Source of the DNA: Candidatus Versatilivorator sp.
Lineage (GTDB): Bacteria; Acidobacteriota; Terriglobia; Versatilivoradales; Versatilivoraceae
Assembly: GCA_965207735.1 (NCBI GenBank)
Contig: OZ242296.1
Location: 796,257 to 860,256 of the forward strand
Reading direction: 5' to 3'
Length of the DNA stretch: 64,000 bases
Positions 53,843 to 62,977 of the stretch are shown here, one piece after another. Under the pieces are notes generated by a model, which saw only the letters and a list, made by a program, of their open reading frames with translations, did not search any database and was not told where the DNA came from. Made by a program: the position numbers and the translations under genes. How positions within the stretch are numbered: position 1 is the first letter of the stretch; every line of letters begins with the position of its first letter.

Positions 53843-55744
53843 TCATGGTAAGGCGAAGGCTACCAGGGCATCGCCATAGCTGTCGTTGTATTTGTTGCCG
53901 CCGCCGGCGGCGATGACCACCAGTTGTTTCTTCAAACGGCTCGACCAGAAGGTCATGGGAGTGGCGTGACCGCTGAAATCGAGCCGGGTAACCCAAAGCT
54001 CCCGGCCGGTTTCGGAATGGAAGGCCCGAAAGCGGCGGTCATTGGTTGCGGCGATAAACACCAGTCCTCCGGCAGTCACGATGGACCCGCCCAGGTTGGG
54101 TGAGCCTGTTCCGGTGATGCCTCGAGCTGCCAGATCCTCCACCAGGCCGAGCGGCACTTGCCAGCGCAGGCTTCCCCGGTTCAGGTCGATGGCCGTGAGC
54201 GTCCCCCAGGGGGGATCCTGACAGGGGACCCTGCGGGAATCCCAGAAACGTCCTTGGCGGATCCCCCGGGCCAGATAGGGCAGGCGGCTTCCTGCGCGCC
54301 CCTCCACCATCCTTACCACCTGCCCCACATCCATGGAGTTGACGAACAACAAATTCAAGCTGGGATCGTAGGATGCGCCGCCCCAATTGGGCCCTCCATT
54401 GGTGCCGGGGAACAGCACCGTGTACTCCAGGCCCTGTGGCTGATACATTTTACCCAGGATTGCCGTTTCCAGGATGGTCCTGCACTCGGCCTCCGTTTTA
54501 GGGTCCAGCCGGTTGATCTCCTCGAGCTCCATGCCTTGACGCGCAATCGCCGGCGGCTTGAGCGGAACCGGCTGAGTAGGCCAGGCCTCCTCTCCGGGAA
54601 CCGGGCTCGCCGGAACGGGCCGCTCTTCGATTGGAAAGAGGGGTTTCCCCGTCACCCGATTGAACAGAAAGAGGAATCCCATCTTGGTGATTTGGGCCAC
54701 CCCTGGCACCCTTCTCCCCTGTCGGCGCACCTCAACCAGATTGGGCTGCGCCGGCAGGTCCCAGTCCCAAAGGTCATGGTGGGTGATCTGGTAGTGCCAC
54801 AGGCGCCGCCCGGTGCGAATGTCCAGGGCGACCAGGCAATCTCCGAACCAGTTCTTTCCCTTGCGTCCGCCTCCGTAGCGGTCGGGGGACGGAGAGCTCA
54901 CCGGAAGATAGAGGATGCCACGTTCGGGATCGCAACTCATGGGAGCCCAGACGTTGGTCCCTCCCCGGTCCCTCCAGGACTCCGGTTCCCAGGTGTCGTT
55001 CCCCACTTCGCCGGGTTTAGGCACGGTGTTGAAACGCCAGACCAATCGGCCGCTATCGGCATCGAAGGCACGGACGTCTCCATCGGGCCCCTCGGGCAGC
55101 CCGTCCGACACCACCGAGCCCACAATCACCAGATTCTCAAAGATCAGGGGAGGTGAGCTCACCCCGTAGACGCGTTTTGGAAAACGGTCGGCCATGCCTG
55201 TTCGAAGATTCACGACACCCCTGCTGCCGAAACTTCCGACCGGCAGCCCGGTTCGGGCGTTCAAGGCAAACAGTCGACCGTCCAGCGTTCCCCAATAGAG
55301 CCGTTTTTCCTTGCCTCGACGCCAGTAGGCCGGGCCTCGATTGATAAACAGGTTATAGGGCCGATGCTTGTCGAGCTTGGGGTCGAAGGCCCAGAGCTCC
55401 TTCCCCGTCGCCGAGTCCAGAGCAATCGCCCGGCCGAAGGGGGTGGTCAGATAAAGGACGCCGTCGACCGCCAGGGGTGTGCATTCAAAGGCAGAACGCA
55501 CGGGATATTCCGATCCGTCGCTGATGTCGCCGGTATGGTAGGTCCAGGCGACCTTCAGTTGACCGACGTTTTCCCGGTCGATCTGCTTCAAGGGCGAATA
55601 TTTTCGCGCCGCCAGGTCCCCGCCGTAATGGGGCCATTCCTGGGCAAGGGACTTTCCGGCGACGGCATGCAGACTCAGCAGCAGGACGGGCAATCCCCAC
55701 CGCAGCCACCCAATGGGACACCCGGATCTCAATAGTAGATTCAT
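53843..55744 (-). CDS. PQQ-dependent dehydrogenase (8-bladed quinoprotein, glucose/sugar dehydrogenase-like)
   Basis: 633 aa with signal peptide. 'WPHYGGDLAARKYSPL' is the typical quinoprotein N-terminus. Repeated W-docking motifs are 'GKELWAF', 'GRLVWRF', 'GRRLWHY', 'GSLRWQV' and 'GRELWVT'. Confidence 0.8.
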   Translation of the reverse strand: MNLLLRSGCPIGWLRWGLPVLLLSLHAVAGKSLAQEWPHYGGDLAARKYSPLKQIDRENVGQLKVAWTYHTGDISDGSEYPVRSAFECTPLAVDGVLYLTTPFGRAIALDSATGKELWAFDPKLDKHRPYNLFINRGPAYWRRGKEKRLYWGTLDGRLFALNARTGLPVGSFGSRGVVNLRTGMADRFPKRVYGVSSPPLIFENLVIVGSVVSDGLPEGPDGDVRAFDADSGRLVWRFNTVPKPGEVGNDTWEPESWRDRGGTNVWAPMSCDPERGILYLPVSSPSPDRYGGGRKGKNWFGDCLVALDIRTGRRLWHYQITHHDLWDWDLPAQPNLVEVRRQGRRVPGVAQITKMGFLFLFNRVTGKPLFPIEERPVPASPVPGEEAWPTQPVPLKPPAIARQGMELEEINRLDPKTEAECRTILETAILGKMYQPQGLEYTVLFPGTNGGPNWGGASYDPSLNLLFVNSMDVGQVVRMVEGRAGSRLPYLARGIRQGRFWDSRRVPCQDPPWGTLTAIDLNRGSLRWQVPLGLVEDLAARGITGTGSPNLGGSIVTAGGLVFIAATNDRRFRAFHSETGRELWVTRLDFSGHATPMTFWSSRLKKQLVVIAAGGGNKYNDSYGDALVAFALP

Positions 55745-55930
55745 GACGGAGGGACCTGTGGCAGGTGAGTCAATGGGATGTCGGTCGCAATCAACGAAGA
55801 GAGAGATGGTCGTCCACGGTGGGCATATGCTCGAACGAGTCCGGCATGGAAAAAAGCAGGATGTTCACGGGAGACCTCCCTGGGAGTCGATGGTTTCCGG
55901 ACGGTTCGGCAATGTGGAGGGCACAGCCGA

Positions 55931-57286
55931 TCAGTAGATGAAATCCGCCTCGTAGCCGCGAGTCGAACGGGCTTGCCGTGTTGGTTCCGGTGGAGGAGGG
56001 AGGGCCGCCAACCTTTTCTGCCACTTCAGCTTGAGTTTCTGAAACGCGCTTCTGTATTCCGGCTTCAGTGGCTTCGACGGCTTCATCTTGAGGGTGAGCG
56101 GATTCACGAAGACGCCGTTTCGCCGCACTCGGTAATCCAGATGAGGGCCGGTTGACAATCCAGTCGACCCTACGTAGCCGATCACCTGGCCCTGGGTGAC
56201 TTTGGAGCCTCTCCGCAATCCCCTGGCATAGCGGGACAGGTGGGCGTAGCTGGTCGTAAAGCCGTTGCCGTGCTTGATCTGAACCAGCTTGCCATACCCG
56301 CCCTTCCGTCCGCGAAACTGCACTCGGCCGTTGCCGGCAGCCACTACCGGAGTGCCGGTGGGGGCCGCGTAGTCGACTCCGAGGTGCGGCCGTAGCTTTC
56401 TCAGGACAGGATGAAGTCTGCGGTAGGAGAAACGCGAGCTGATGCGGGAAAACTTGACTGGAGACCTCAGAAAGTCCCGTTTGAGCGATCGTCCGACATC
56501 GTCGAAGTATCCCACTTCACCCTCGGGATCCTCGAATCGGTATCCAGTGAAGAGTTTCCCCGAGTTTTGGAACTCAACGGCCAGGATTTTGCCATATCTG
56601 ACCATCCGATCTGCCAGATAGAGCTTTTCCACCATTAGGCGAAAGTGATCCCCTCTTTGGATCTCGGTGTTGAAGTCAATATCCCAGGAAAAGATCTCCG
56701 CCAAGTCCAGGGCCAATTGATCCTTTTCCTGCAATTTGGCAAGCGTGCGGAACAATGACGATTCAATGGTTCCAACCACCGGCAGAATGCGCTTTTCATA
56801 CTCGATGGGAATCAGTTGAGCACGAAAGTCATCCTCGGTGCGATCCACCTTCAGAAACTTGAAGGCATCCACCTGGTAGCGAAACCCGGTCAGCCTGCCG
56901 TCCGGGAACCGTTCCAGCTCGAACCGATTCCCCGCCCTGATCTTGGCCAGGTTGTAGATTGGCCGGGTGGCTTGCACCACCTGCAAAACGGTTTCAGGGG
57001 AGAAACCATAGGTCCTCAGCAAATTGTCGAAGGAAGTGTTTCTGGGAATTTTCCCTTGAATCAACTCCGCTTGGGGTGGGGGTGGGGGAAGATTGGGGGC
57101 AGGCGCGCCCCGGCGGACCACGGGCTTCATGGGTGCAGCCGCAGGATCGTCAGGCAGCAACCACAGGCAGGCCAGGGACAACCCGACGATTGCGCTGACC
57201 ATGACAACGGACTCGAGCCGCTCGTTCAGATTGGAAGCGAGACGGCGAGGTCGTTGTTGGACCATGGCGTCAACCAAGGGGGACAA
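55931..57286 (-). CDS. M23 family peptidoglycan DD-metalloendopeptidase
   Basis: 'HLGVDYAAPTGTPVVAAGNGRV', 'GGYGKLVQIKHGNGFTTSYAHLS', 'VGSTGLSTGPHLDY' (HxxxD / HxH motifs). Confidence 0.85.
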   Translation of the reverse strand: MSPLVDAMVQQRPRRLASNLNERLESVVMVSAIVGLSLACLWLLPDDPAAAPMKPVVRRGAPAPNLPPPPPQAELIQGKIPRNTSFDNLLRTYGFSPETVLQVVQATRPIYNLAKIRAGNRFELERFPDGRLTGFRYQVDAFKFLKVDRTEDDFRAQLIPIEYEKRILPVVGTIESSLFRTLAKLQEKDQLALDLAEIFSWDIDFNTEIQRGDHFRLMVEKLYLADRMVRYGKILAVEFQNSGKLFTGYRFEDPEGEVGYFDDVGRSLKRDFLRSPVKFSRISSRFSYRRLHPVLRKLRPHLGVDYAAPTGTPVVAAGNGRVQFRGRKGGYGKLVQIKHGNGFTTSYAHLSRYARGLRRGSKVTQGQVIGYVGSTGLSTGPHLDYRVRRNGVFVNPLTLKMKPSKPLKPEYRSAFQKLKLKWQKRLAALPPPPEPTRQARSTRGYEADFIY

Positions 57287-57370
57287 TCAGAGCCGATTCG
57301 GGTCTTTCGAAAGGCCGGGAAAGCTCCTTAAGCTAACAGATCATCCCAGCGCATACAAGCAAAAGGCTCT

Positions 57371-57778
57371 CTAGATGTACTTGCTGTGCTCCTTGAGCAG
57401 GCAGCGATCCATGACCACCGTCAAGCCGGCTCCCTCGGCCCTGTCCGCAGCCTTCCCATCCACGACACCCTCTTGCATCCAAATGGCCCCGACCCCGATC
57501 TGCATGGTCTGATCCACCACCAGGGAGACGGCCTCCGGACGGCGGAAGACATTGACCAGATCAATGGGAGTGGAAGGAGGAATATCGAGCAGGCTGGGAT
57601 AGCAGAATTCTCCCAGGATCGCCTGGTGGTTGGGATTTACGGGAACGATACGGTAGCCCTGGGTTTGCATGTAGCGGGCTACCGCATTGCTGGGCCTGCT
57701 TGGATTGGCCGAAAGACCGACTACGGCAATGGTCTTGGAATGTTCAAGCAAGCGCTTGATTTCCGTGGGATCGTTCAT
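57371..57778 (-). CDS. CoA-binding domain protein (YccU-like)
   Basis: 135 aa. 'KTIAVVGLSANPSRPSNAVARYMQTQGYRIVPVNP'. Confidence 0.8.
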   Translation of the reverse strand: MNDPTEIKRLLEHSKTIAVVGLSANPSRPSNAVARYMQTQGYRIVPVNPNHQAILGEFCYPSLLDIPPSTPIDLVNVFRRPEAVSLVVDQTMQIGVGAIWMQEGVVDGKAADRAEGAGLTVVMDRCLLKEHSKYI

Positions 57779-57946
57779 GGGTCCGCAGGCTTGGATGAGC
57801 CCGCAAGTTTCATCGGATCACTATTACGGGCCAAGCGATTCGGGCCAACTGCCCCGGATTCATGCGCATGCGTCGATTGCGGGCCGCCATGGAGTGGGTA
57901 TCCGGCTTGTTCCCGGCTTCGCGGATCCAATTTGAGCCAGCCGACC

Positions 57947-58684
57947 TCACCCCTTGCCGCTTGCGTCCGCAGTCGAATCCAGGAACCGCATCACTTCCTG
58001 GCGGCTCAAGTGGCGGTACTCGCCCGGTTTGAGTCGACCGTCTTTCAAAAAGCCGATCTGAACACGGCGCAACTTGATCACAGAGTGCCCGACACGGTCA
58101 AACACTTTCCGGATCTGGTTGTTCCTGCCCTCGACCAGCATGATTCTCAGCCAGCAGTTGTCGGCCTGCCTCACGACGGCAATCTTGCAGGGCGCCAACT
58201 TTTTTCCTTCCAGGGAGAGTCCCTTCGAGATCCTTGCCAGAATCGACCGACTGGGAGCACCCCGCACCTTGGCCATATAGGTCTTGGGACAATGGGGTCC
58301 GGCTGAGGCGACTCGGTTGGCAAACTGACCGTCGTTGGTCAACAGGAGCAGTCCTTCAGTGTTGAAATCCAGCCGCCCAACCGTGCTCACTCCCGGCGGG
58401 CACCCCCGGATCAGCTGACTTACCAGAGGCCTTCCAGCCGGGTCCGAAAGGGTGCACAAGTACCCTCGAGGCTTGTTCAGGAGCAGATAGGTCTGCCTTC
58501 CGGGAGGACGAATACGTCTTCCATCGACCCGAACATGGTCGCAGGAAGTATCCACTTTGGCTCCCGGCCGATTGATCGACCTGCCGTTTACGGTGACCCG
58601 TCCCTCCTGGATCAACACCTCGGCCTTGCGCCGGGAACAGACACCTGCATTGGCAATGACTTTCTGTAGCCGATCCGTCACCAC
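57947..58684 (-). CDS. rluB: Pseudouridine synthase, RsuA/RluB family (S4 domain + catalytic domain)
   Basis: 'RLQKVIANAGVCSRRKAEVLIQEGRVTVNG' (S4 domain) and 'TVGRLDFNTEGLLLLTNDG' (catalytic Asp). Confidence 0.8.
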   Translation of the reverse strand: MVTDRLQKVIANAGVCSRRKAEVLIQEGRVTVNGRSINRPGAKVDTSCDHVRVDGRRIRPPGRQTYLLLNKPRGYLCTLSDPAGRPLVSQLIRGCPPGVSTVGRLDFNTEGLLLLTNDGQFANRVASAGPHCPKTYMAKVRGAPSRSILARISKGLSLEGKKLAPCKIAVVRQADNCWLRIMLVEGRNNQIRKVFDRVGHSVIKLRRVQIGFLKDGRLKPGEYRHLSRQEVMRFLDSTADASGKG

Positions 58685-59439
58685 GATTCCGATTCCCGAA
58701 CGGCTGGAGCCTGCCCGGAGACTCTGGCGCCGCCGCTGCGGTCCTGGCTGGCATCGGAAGGCTCCCTGCTCCGGGCCGCATTTTCATCCCCGGACGACAG
58801 TTCTTCAGCGCCCGAGGATCCGGCGGCCCTTTCCCCCCGGCTCATCTGTTCGACCGCTTCCCTGGCCCTCTCGGTTCCACTCACCACCGCCATTCCTTCC
58901 AGGGAGGCCTCGGCCAGTTCCTGGTATTCATCCAGGCTGGGGAGTTCACCCAAGTTCTTGAGCCCGAATTGAAACAAAAAGTCCCGAGTGGTCTTGTAGA
59001 GAATGGGCCTGCCTACCACGTTCTTTCGACCGCCGGTGGTTACCAGTTTCTTTTCGACCAGGGTCTTCATTACGGCAGCAGCATTGACGCCGCGAATTTC
59101 CTGGATTTCCGGAAGGGTGACCGGCTGCTTGTAGGCGATGACAGCCAGGGTCTCCAAGGCTGCCAGAGAGAGTCTGATCGACGGGGCCTGGTGTTTCAGG
59201 AACTTCCGAACCCAGACGTGATGTTCCGCCTTGGTGGCCATCTTGTAGCCGTCAGCGATTTCCTTGATTTCGATTCCGTATTCGGACGAGGCGTAGCGGC
59301 GACGGAGATGCGAAAGCGTTTGGCGAATGGCAGCCTCGTTCTCCTCGCCCAGCAACTCGACCATGGAAGCCATCGTGACGGGTTCCTCCGCCAGGTAAAT
59401 GAGCGCCTCCACAATGGGCCTCAGCTGTTCCTCATTCAT
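58678..59439 (-). CDS. scpB: Segregation and condensation protein B with Ser/Ala/Glu-rich C-terminal tail
   Basis: 'IVEALIYLAEEPV', 'LSLAALETLAVIAYKQPVTLPEIQEIRGV', 'GRPILYKTTRDFLFQFGL'. Confidence 0.85.
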   Translation of the reverse strand: MNEEQLRPIVEALIYLAEEPVTMASMVELLGEENEAAIRQTLSHLRRRYASSEYGIEIKEIADGYKMATKAEHHVWVRKFLKHQAPSIRLSLAALETLAVIAYKQPVTLPEIQEIRGVNAAAVMKTLVEKKLVTTGGRKNVVGRPILYKTTRDFLFQFGLKNLGELPSLDEYQELAEASLEGMAVVSGTERAREAVEQMSRGERAAGSSGAEELSSGDENAARSREPSDASQDRSGGARVSGQAPAVRESESW

Positions 59440-59463
59440 GCCGAATCCCGTTCCTCTCAGAAA

Positions 59464-60255
59464 TCACGACGGAATGCCCGCGACTGTCATTTCGATCCTG
59501 CCCGTCCATTGTTCAAGGTCACCCATCACTTCGGCAAATCGCTTCTTGCGCCTGGCCACAATCTCTCCGAAGCGCTGCTTTTGAACCAGAACAATGGCCT
59601 GCAGATAGGACATTTCCAACAGAGCGACAAACGCCACCACCAGGGCTCTTCGGCCCCGATAGGCGGCAAACAAACGCTCGACCGAAACCTCACCCGGCGA
59701 ATCCTCGAAAATGGTCTTCAAGTCTTGGAGAACCTGCCCGATGGTCACCTCCTCCTGCTCGATTTCCATCGCTCGGGCGACCTTGCGCCGCTCCTGGATT
59801 CTATGTAAGCAGATGATCAGGTCGAAAGAGCTGGCTTTCAGCTCGGATTCGACGGTTGCGTCCTGAAAATCCTTCACTCCAGGCAGCGTCCAGCTGGCCC
59901 GTTCCAACAGTTCCTTCTGGTGAAGCATTTGCGCGGCGTTTTTGAACTTTTCGTGCTCCAGCAGCCGATGCACCAACTCGGTCCGAGGATCTTCCTCCTG
60001 GCTTTCAGGCTGAAGCGGATCGGCCGGCAGGAGCATCCTGGACTTGATATGGATGAGGGTCGCCGCCATGAGCAGGAACTCGCCGGCCAGCTTGATGTCC
60101 AGCTCCTGCATGGCCTGGATCGTGTCCAGGTACTGCCGCGTAATCTTGGCGATGGGAATATCGTAGATGTCGATCTGCTGCTTTCGAATCAGTTCCAGCA
60201 ACAGATCCAGGGGGCCTTCGTAGGCCGGCAACTGAATCCTGTAAGGATCGTCCAT
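59464..60255 (-). CDS. scpA: Segregation and condensation protein A
   Basis: 'YEGPLDLLLELIRKQQIDIYDIPIAKITRQYL'. 263 aa. Located upstream of scpB. Confidence 0.85.
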   Translation of the reverse strand: MDDPYRIQLPAYEGPLDLLLELIRKQQIDIYDIPIAKITRQYLDTIQAMQELDIKLAGEFLLMAATLIHIKSRMLLPADPLQPESQEEDPRTELVHRLLEHEKFKNAAQMLHQKELLERASWTLPGVKDFQDATVESELKASSFDLIICLHRIQERRKVARAMEIEQEEVTIGQVLQDLKTIFEDSPGEVSVERLFAAYRGRRALVVAFVALLEMSYLQAIVLVQKQRFGEIVARRKKRFAEVMGDLEQWTGRIEMTVAGIPS

Positions 60256-60261
60256 GGGCGG

Positions 60262-61263
60262 TCAGGTGATCTTCATGGCCTGTCGCACGGCCTGCATGGT
60301 TTCACCGGCCACTTGAGCGGCCTGCCGATTCCCGTCCTGGATGATCTCACCGATCTCCTGGCGGCGGCCGGCGTAGTCCCGCCGGCGTTCCAGCAGGGGC
60401 GACAGCTCCCGGACCAGACCGTCGCTCATCCACTTCTTGCAGTCGACGCAACCGATCGCGGCCGTTCGGCAGTCCCGTTGGACAGTCGCCTGAATCTCCG
60501 GGGAGGAATAGATTTTGTGGTAGGAAAAAACCGGACAGATATCGGGATTCCCCGGATCGTGGCGACGTTTGCGGGCAGGATCGGTCATCATCGTCCTGAC
60601 CTTGGTGTGAATGGTCTGGGGAGAGTCGGAAAGAGAGATATCGTTGCCGTAACTCTTGCTCATCTTTCGCCCATCCAGTCCGGGAAGCCGCGGAACGGGG
60701 GTCAACAGGGCCTGGGGCTCTGGGAAGACGGGTCCGTAAAGGGCATTGAAACGCCGGCCGATCTCCCGAGTGAGTTCCACGTGCGGCACCTGGTCTTCGC
60801 CCACGGGAACGGCGTCTGCCCTGTACATCAGGATATCCGCCGCCTGTAGCACCGGATACCCCAGGAAGCCGTAGTTGCCCAGGTCCTTGTCGGTAACGTT
60901 GGCTCGCTGTTCCTTGTAGGTCGGGACCCTTTCCAGCCATCCCAGCGGCGTGATCATCGAAAACAGGAGGTGCAGCTCGGCGTGTTCTGGAACTGCCGAC
61001 TGCACGAACAGCACCGATTTTTCGGGGTCCAGGCCGGCAGCCAGCCAATCGATCATCATTTCAGTGCGGAACTGATCGATTTCCGAGGTATCGGCAAAAT
61101 CGGAGGTCAGGGCATGCCAATCGGCAATGAAATGGAAACTCCGGTACCGCTCCTGCAGTTCCACCCAATTCTTCAGGGCGCCCACCACGTGGCCGAGATG
61201 GAGCTTGCCTGTGGGACGCATCCCACTGGATATGCGAGGTCTGTTCGGCTCTGAGGAAACCAT
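60262..61263 (-). CDS. trpS: Tryptophan--tRNA ligase
   Basis: HIGH-type 'GKLHLGHVVGAL', 'KMSKS' ('RKMSKSYGN'). ATG at 61263 is preferred over the TTG at 61284 used by the track. Confidence 0.9.
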   Translation of the reverse strand: MVSSEPNRPRISSGMRPTGKLHLGHVVGALKNWVELQERYRSFHFIADWHALTSDFADTSEIDQFRTEMMIDWLAAGLDPEKSVLFVQSAVPEHAELHLLFSMITPLGWLERVPTYKEQRANVTDKDLGNYGFLGYPVLQAADILMYRADAVPVGEDQVPHVELTREIGRRFNALYGPVFPEPQALLTPVPRLPGLDGRKMSKSYGNDISLSDSPQTIHTKVRTMMTDPARKRRHDPGNPDICPVFSYHKIYSSPEIQATVQRDCRTAAIGCVDCKKWMSDGLVRELSPLLERRRDYAGRRQEIGEIIQDGNRQAAQVAGETMQAVRQAMKIT

Positions 61264-61295
61264 ATGGCAATGAGCGTCCGGCAACGGCTATTCCG

Positions 61296-61946
61296 CTAGG
61301 CGATAACCCAGTATACGATTCGTATGAACGGTCTCAGTACATCACCCAAGACGCCGAAATAGAAACAGACGAACAGAATGAGAAATCCATAGGGTCGAAT
61401 CCGGTCGTAGGCATCTGCCAGATCCCGAGGCAAAAAGTGCGGCAAAATCCAACTTCCGTCCAAGGGCGGAATGGGAATCATGTTGAACACGGCCAGGGCG
61501 GTATTGAGGATCGCTCCCAGCAGACACATCCGCCAGAGCGGCTCCAGCGCCGTCCCATCGATCACTCCTCCAGACATCTGATAGCTCTGGAGACCCTTTA
61601 TGCCCAGCAGAAAAACGGCCAGCAGCATAACGTTGCTGATAGGTCCCGCCGCCGAAATCCAGATGTCGGCCTTGCGGCGGTCCTTGACATGAAGGGGATT
61701 CCAGGGAACCGGCTTGGCCCAACCGAAGAGCAGCCCCCCCGAAAAGTAAGCAATGGTGGGGAAGATCAGGGTTCCAACCACGTCGATATGGGGGATCGGG
61801 TTCAAGGTGACCCTTCCGAGATAACGCGCCGTGGGGTCACCAAACCACTCCGCAGTCCAGGCATGAGCCGCCTCATGAACGCTGAGCGAAAACAAAAACA
61901 CGAGCATGAAAAAAAGAAACTGAACCAACTGAGCAGTGTCGATCAC
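61296..61946 (-). CDS. Site-2 protease family (M50) membrane metalloprotease
   Basis: 'HEAAHAWTA' (HExxH) and 'FNMIPIPPLDG' (NxxPxxxLDG). I propose the GTG at 61946 (GGAG 5 nt upstream, ~217 aa). The track ORF runs to 62147; the start is uncertain. Confidence 0.7.
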   Translation of the reverse strand: MIDTAQLVQFLFFMLVFLFSLSVHEAAHAWTAEWFGDPTARYLGRVTLNPIPHIDVVGTLIFPTIAYFSGGLLFGWAKPVPWNPLHVKDRRKADIWISAAGPISNVMLLAVFLLGIKGLQSYQMSGGVIDGTALEPLWRMCLLGAILNTALAVFNMIPIPPLDGSWILPHFLPRDLADAYDRIRPYGFLILFVCFYFGVLGDVLRPFIRIVYWVIA

Positions 61947-62176
61947 GGAAGCTCCGATGACGAAAACAGAACCCGACGCCCTGCCCCTTGAGGGAAGCCC
62001 GAACGCCACAATCAGCAGCAGCTTAGCATAGGTGAGCGGCGAAACTCTAGCCGGGTCGCCATCGCGGTTCGGCCCTCCGGCGGGCTTCCTTGTTGGATCG
62101 AAATGCTGATAGTATAATGGTTTGCAGCGGATAGCCCCGAGAGACAACCGCTGGCGAGATCCTCCCAGAGAGCCTT

Positions 62177-62977
62177 ATGAGCCTGCTGCTGCTTCGATTG
62201 ACCATCGGATTCTATTCGGTAGGCCTGCTCCACTCATTTCTGACCATCATCACCCGCAAGAAGACACTGTTTCGGGTCGCCCTGACCGGTATTTGCGTGG
62301 GATTCCTGTGCCATCTGCTGGCGATTTCCATGGCCTGGTACGAAACCCGCCACCCCCCGATCGACGAATTGCAGGGGGTGCTTTCCTTTTTCGCCCTGAT
62401 GATCGTGCTGGCATTCCTCCTGGCTTATGCCCGCTATCGTTTGGATTCATTGAGTGTGTTCGTTTTCCCGCTGGCTTTCATTCTGACGCTGGCAGCCAAT
62501 TTGACGTCGGAGCCCAGCCAGCCCTTTCCCGAGATCTTGGGAAGTCTTTGGCTTTACCTGCATGTGCCCTTCATCTTCCTTGCCTACGCGGCTTTTTTTG
62601 TGGCCTTCGCCTCCGGCTTGATGTACCTCATCCAGGAAAACGAGTTGAAACGTCGAAGACCTCAGGCGTTCTACTATCGTCTGCCCTCGCTTGAAGTCTG
62701 CGACGAATTGGGATACCGGGCTCTCAGTATCGGGTTTCCCCTGTTGACTTTGGGACTGGTGGCCGGTGTCCTCTGGCAGGCGCCGTGGGAACTGGACAAG
62801 AAGATCATCGCCTCCTTCAGCACCTGGATCGTCTATGCCGTTCTTATCGCCTATCGTCTCTCTGAAGGACTGCGCGGCAGGCGCGCGGCCTGGATGTCCA
62901 TCCTGGGATTCATTCTCATCCTGGCAACCTTTTTCGGGACCCGCTCCCAGGGAAGCGCCCATCCTTTCATACAATGA
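62177..62977 (+). CDS. Cytochrome c assembly family membrane protein (CcsA/HemX-like) preceding hemA
   Basis: 266 aa, about 8 TM. 'LWLYLHVPFIFLAYAAFFVAF' and 'WIVYAVLIAYRL' resemble the CcsA/YpjD family. The stop overlaps the hemA ATG (ATGA). Confidence 0.65.
   Translation: MSLLLLRLTIGFYSVGLLHSFLTIITRKKTLFRVALTGICVGFLCHLLAISMAWYETRHPPIDELQGVLSFFALMIVLAFLLAYARYRLDSLSVFVFPLAFILTLAANLTSEPSQPFPEILGSLWLYLHVPFIFLAYAAFFVAFASGLMYLIQENELKRRRPQAFYYRLPSLEVCDELGYRALSIGFPLLTLGLVAGVLWQAPWELDKKIIASFSTWIVYAVLIAYRLSEGLRGRRAAWMSILGFILILATFFGTRSQGSAHPFIQ

Noticed and set aside
54158-55156. 332-aa plus-strand ORF
   Set aside because: Antisense to the PQQ dehydrogenase.
57386-60849. Plus-strand ORFs 57386-58306, 58969-59808 and 59920-60849
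   Set aside because: Antisense to the CoA-binding, rluB, scpB, scpA and trpS genes, all of which have clear family motifs on the minus strand.
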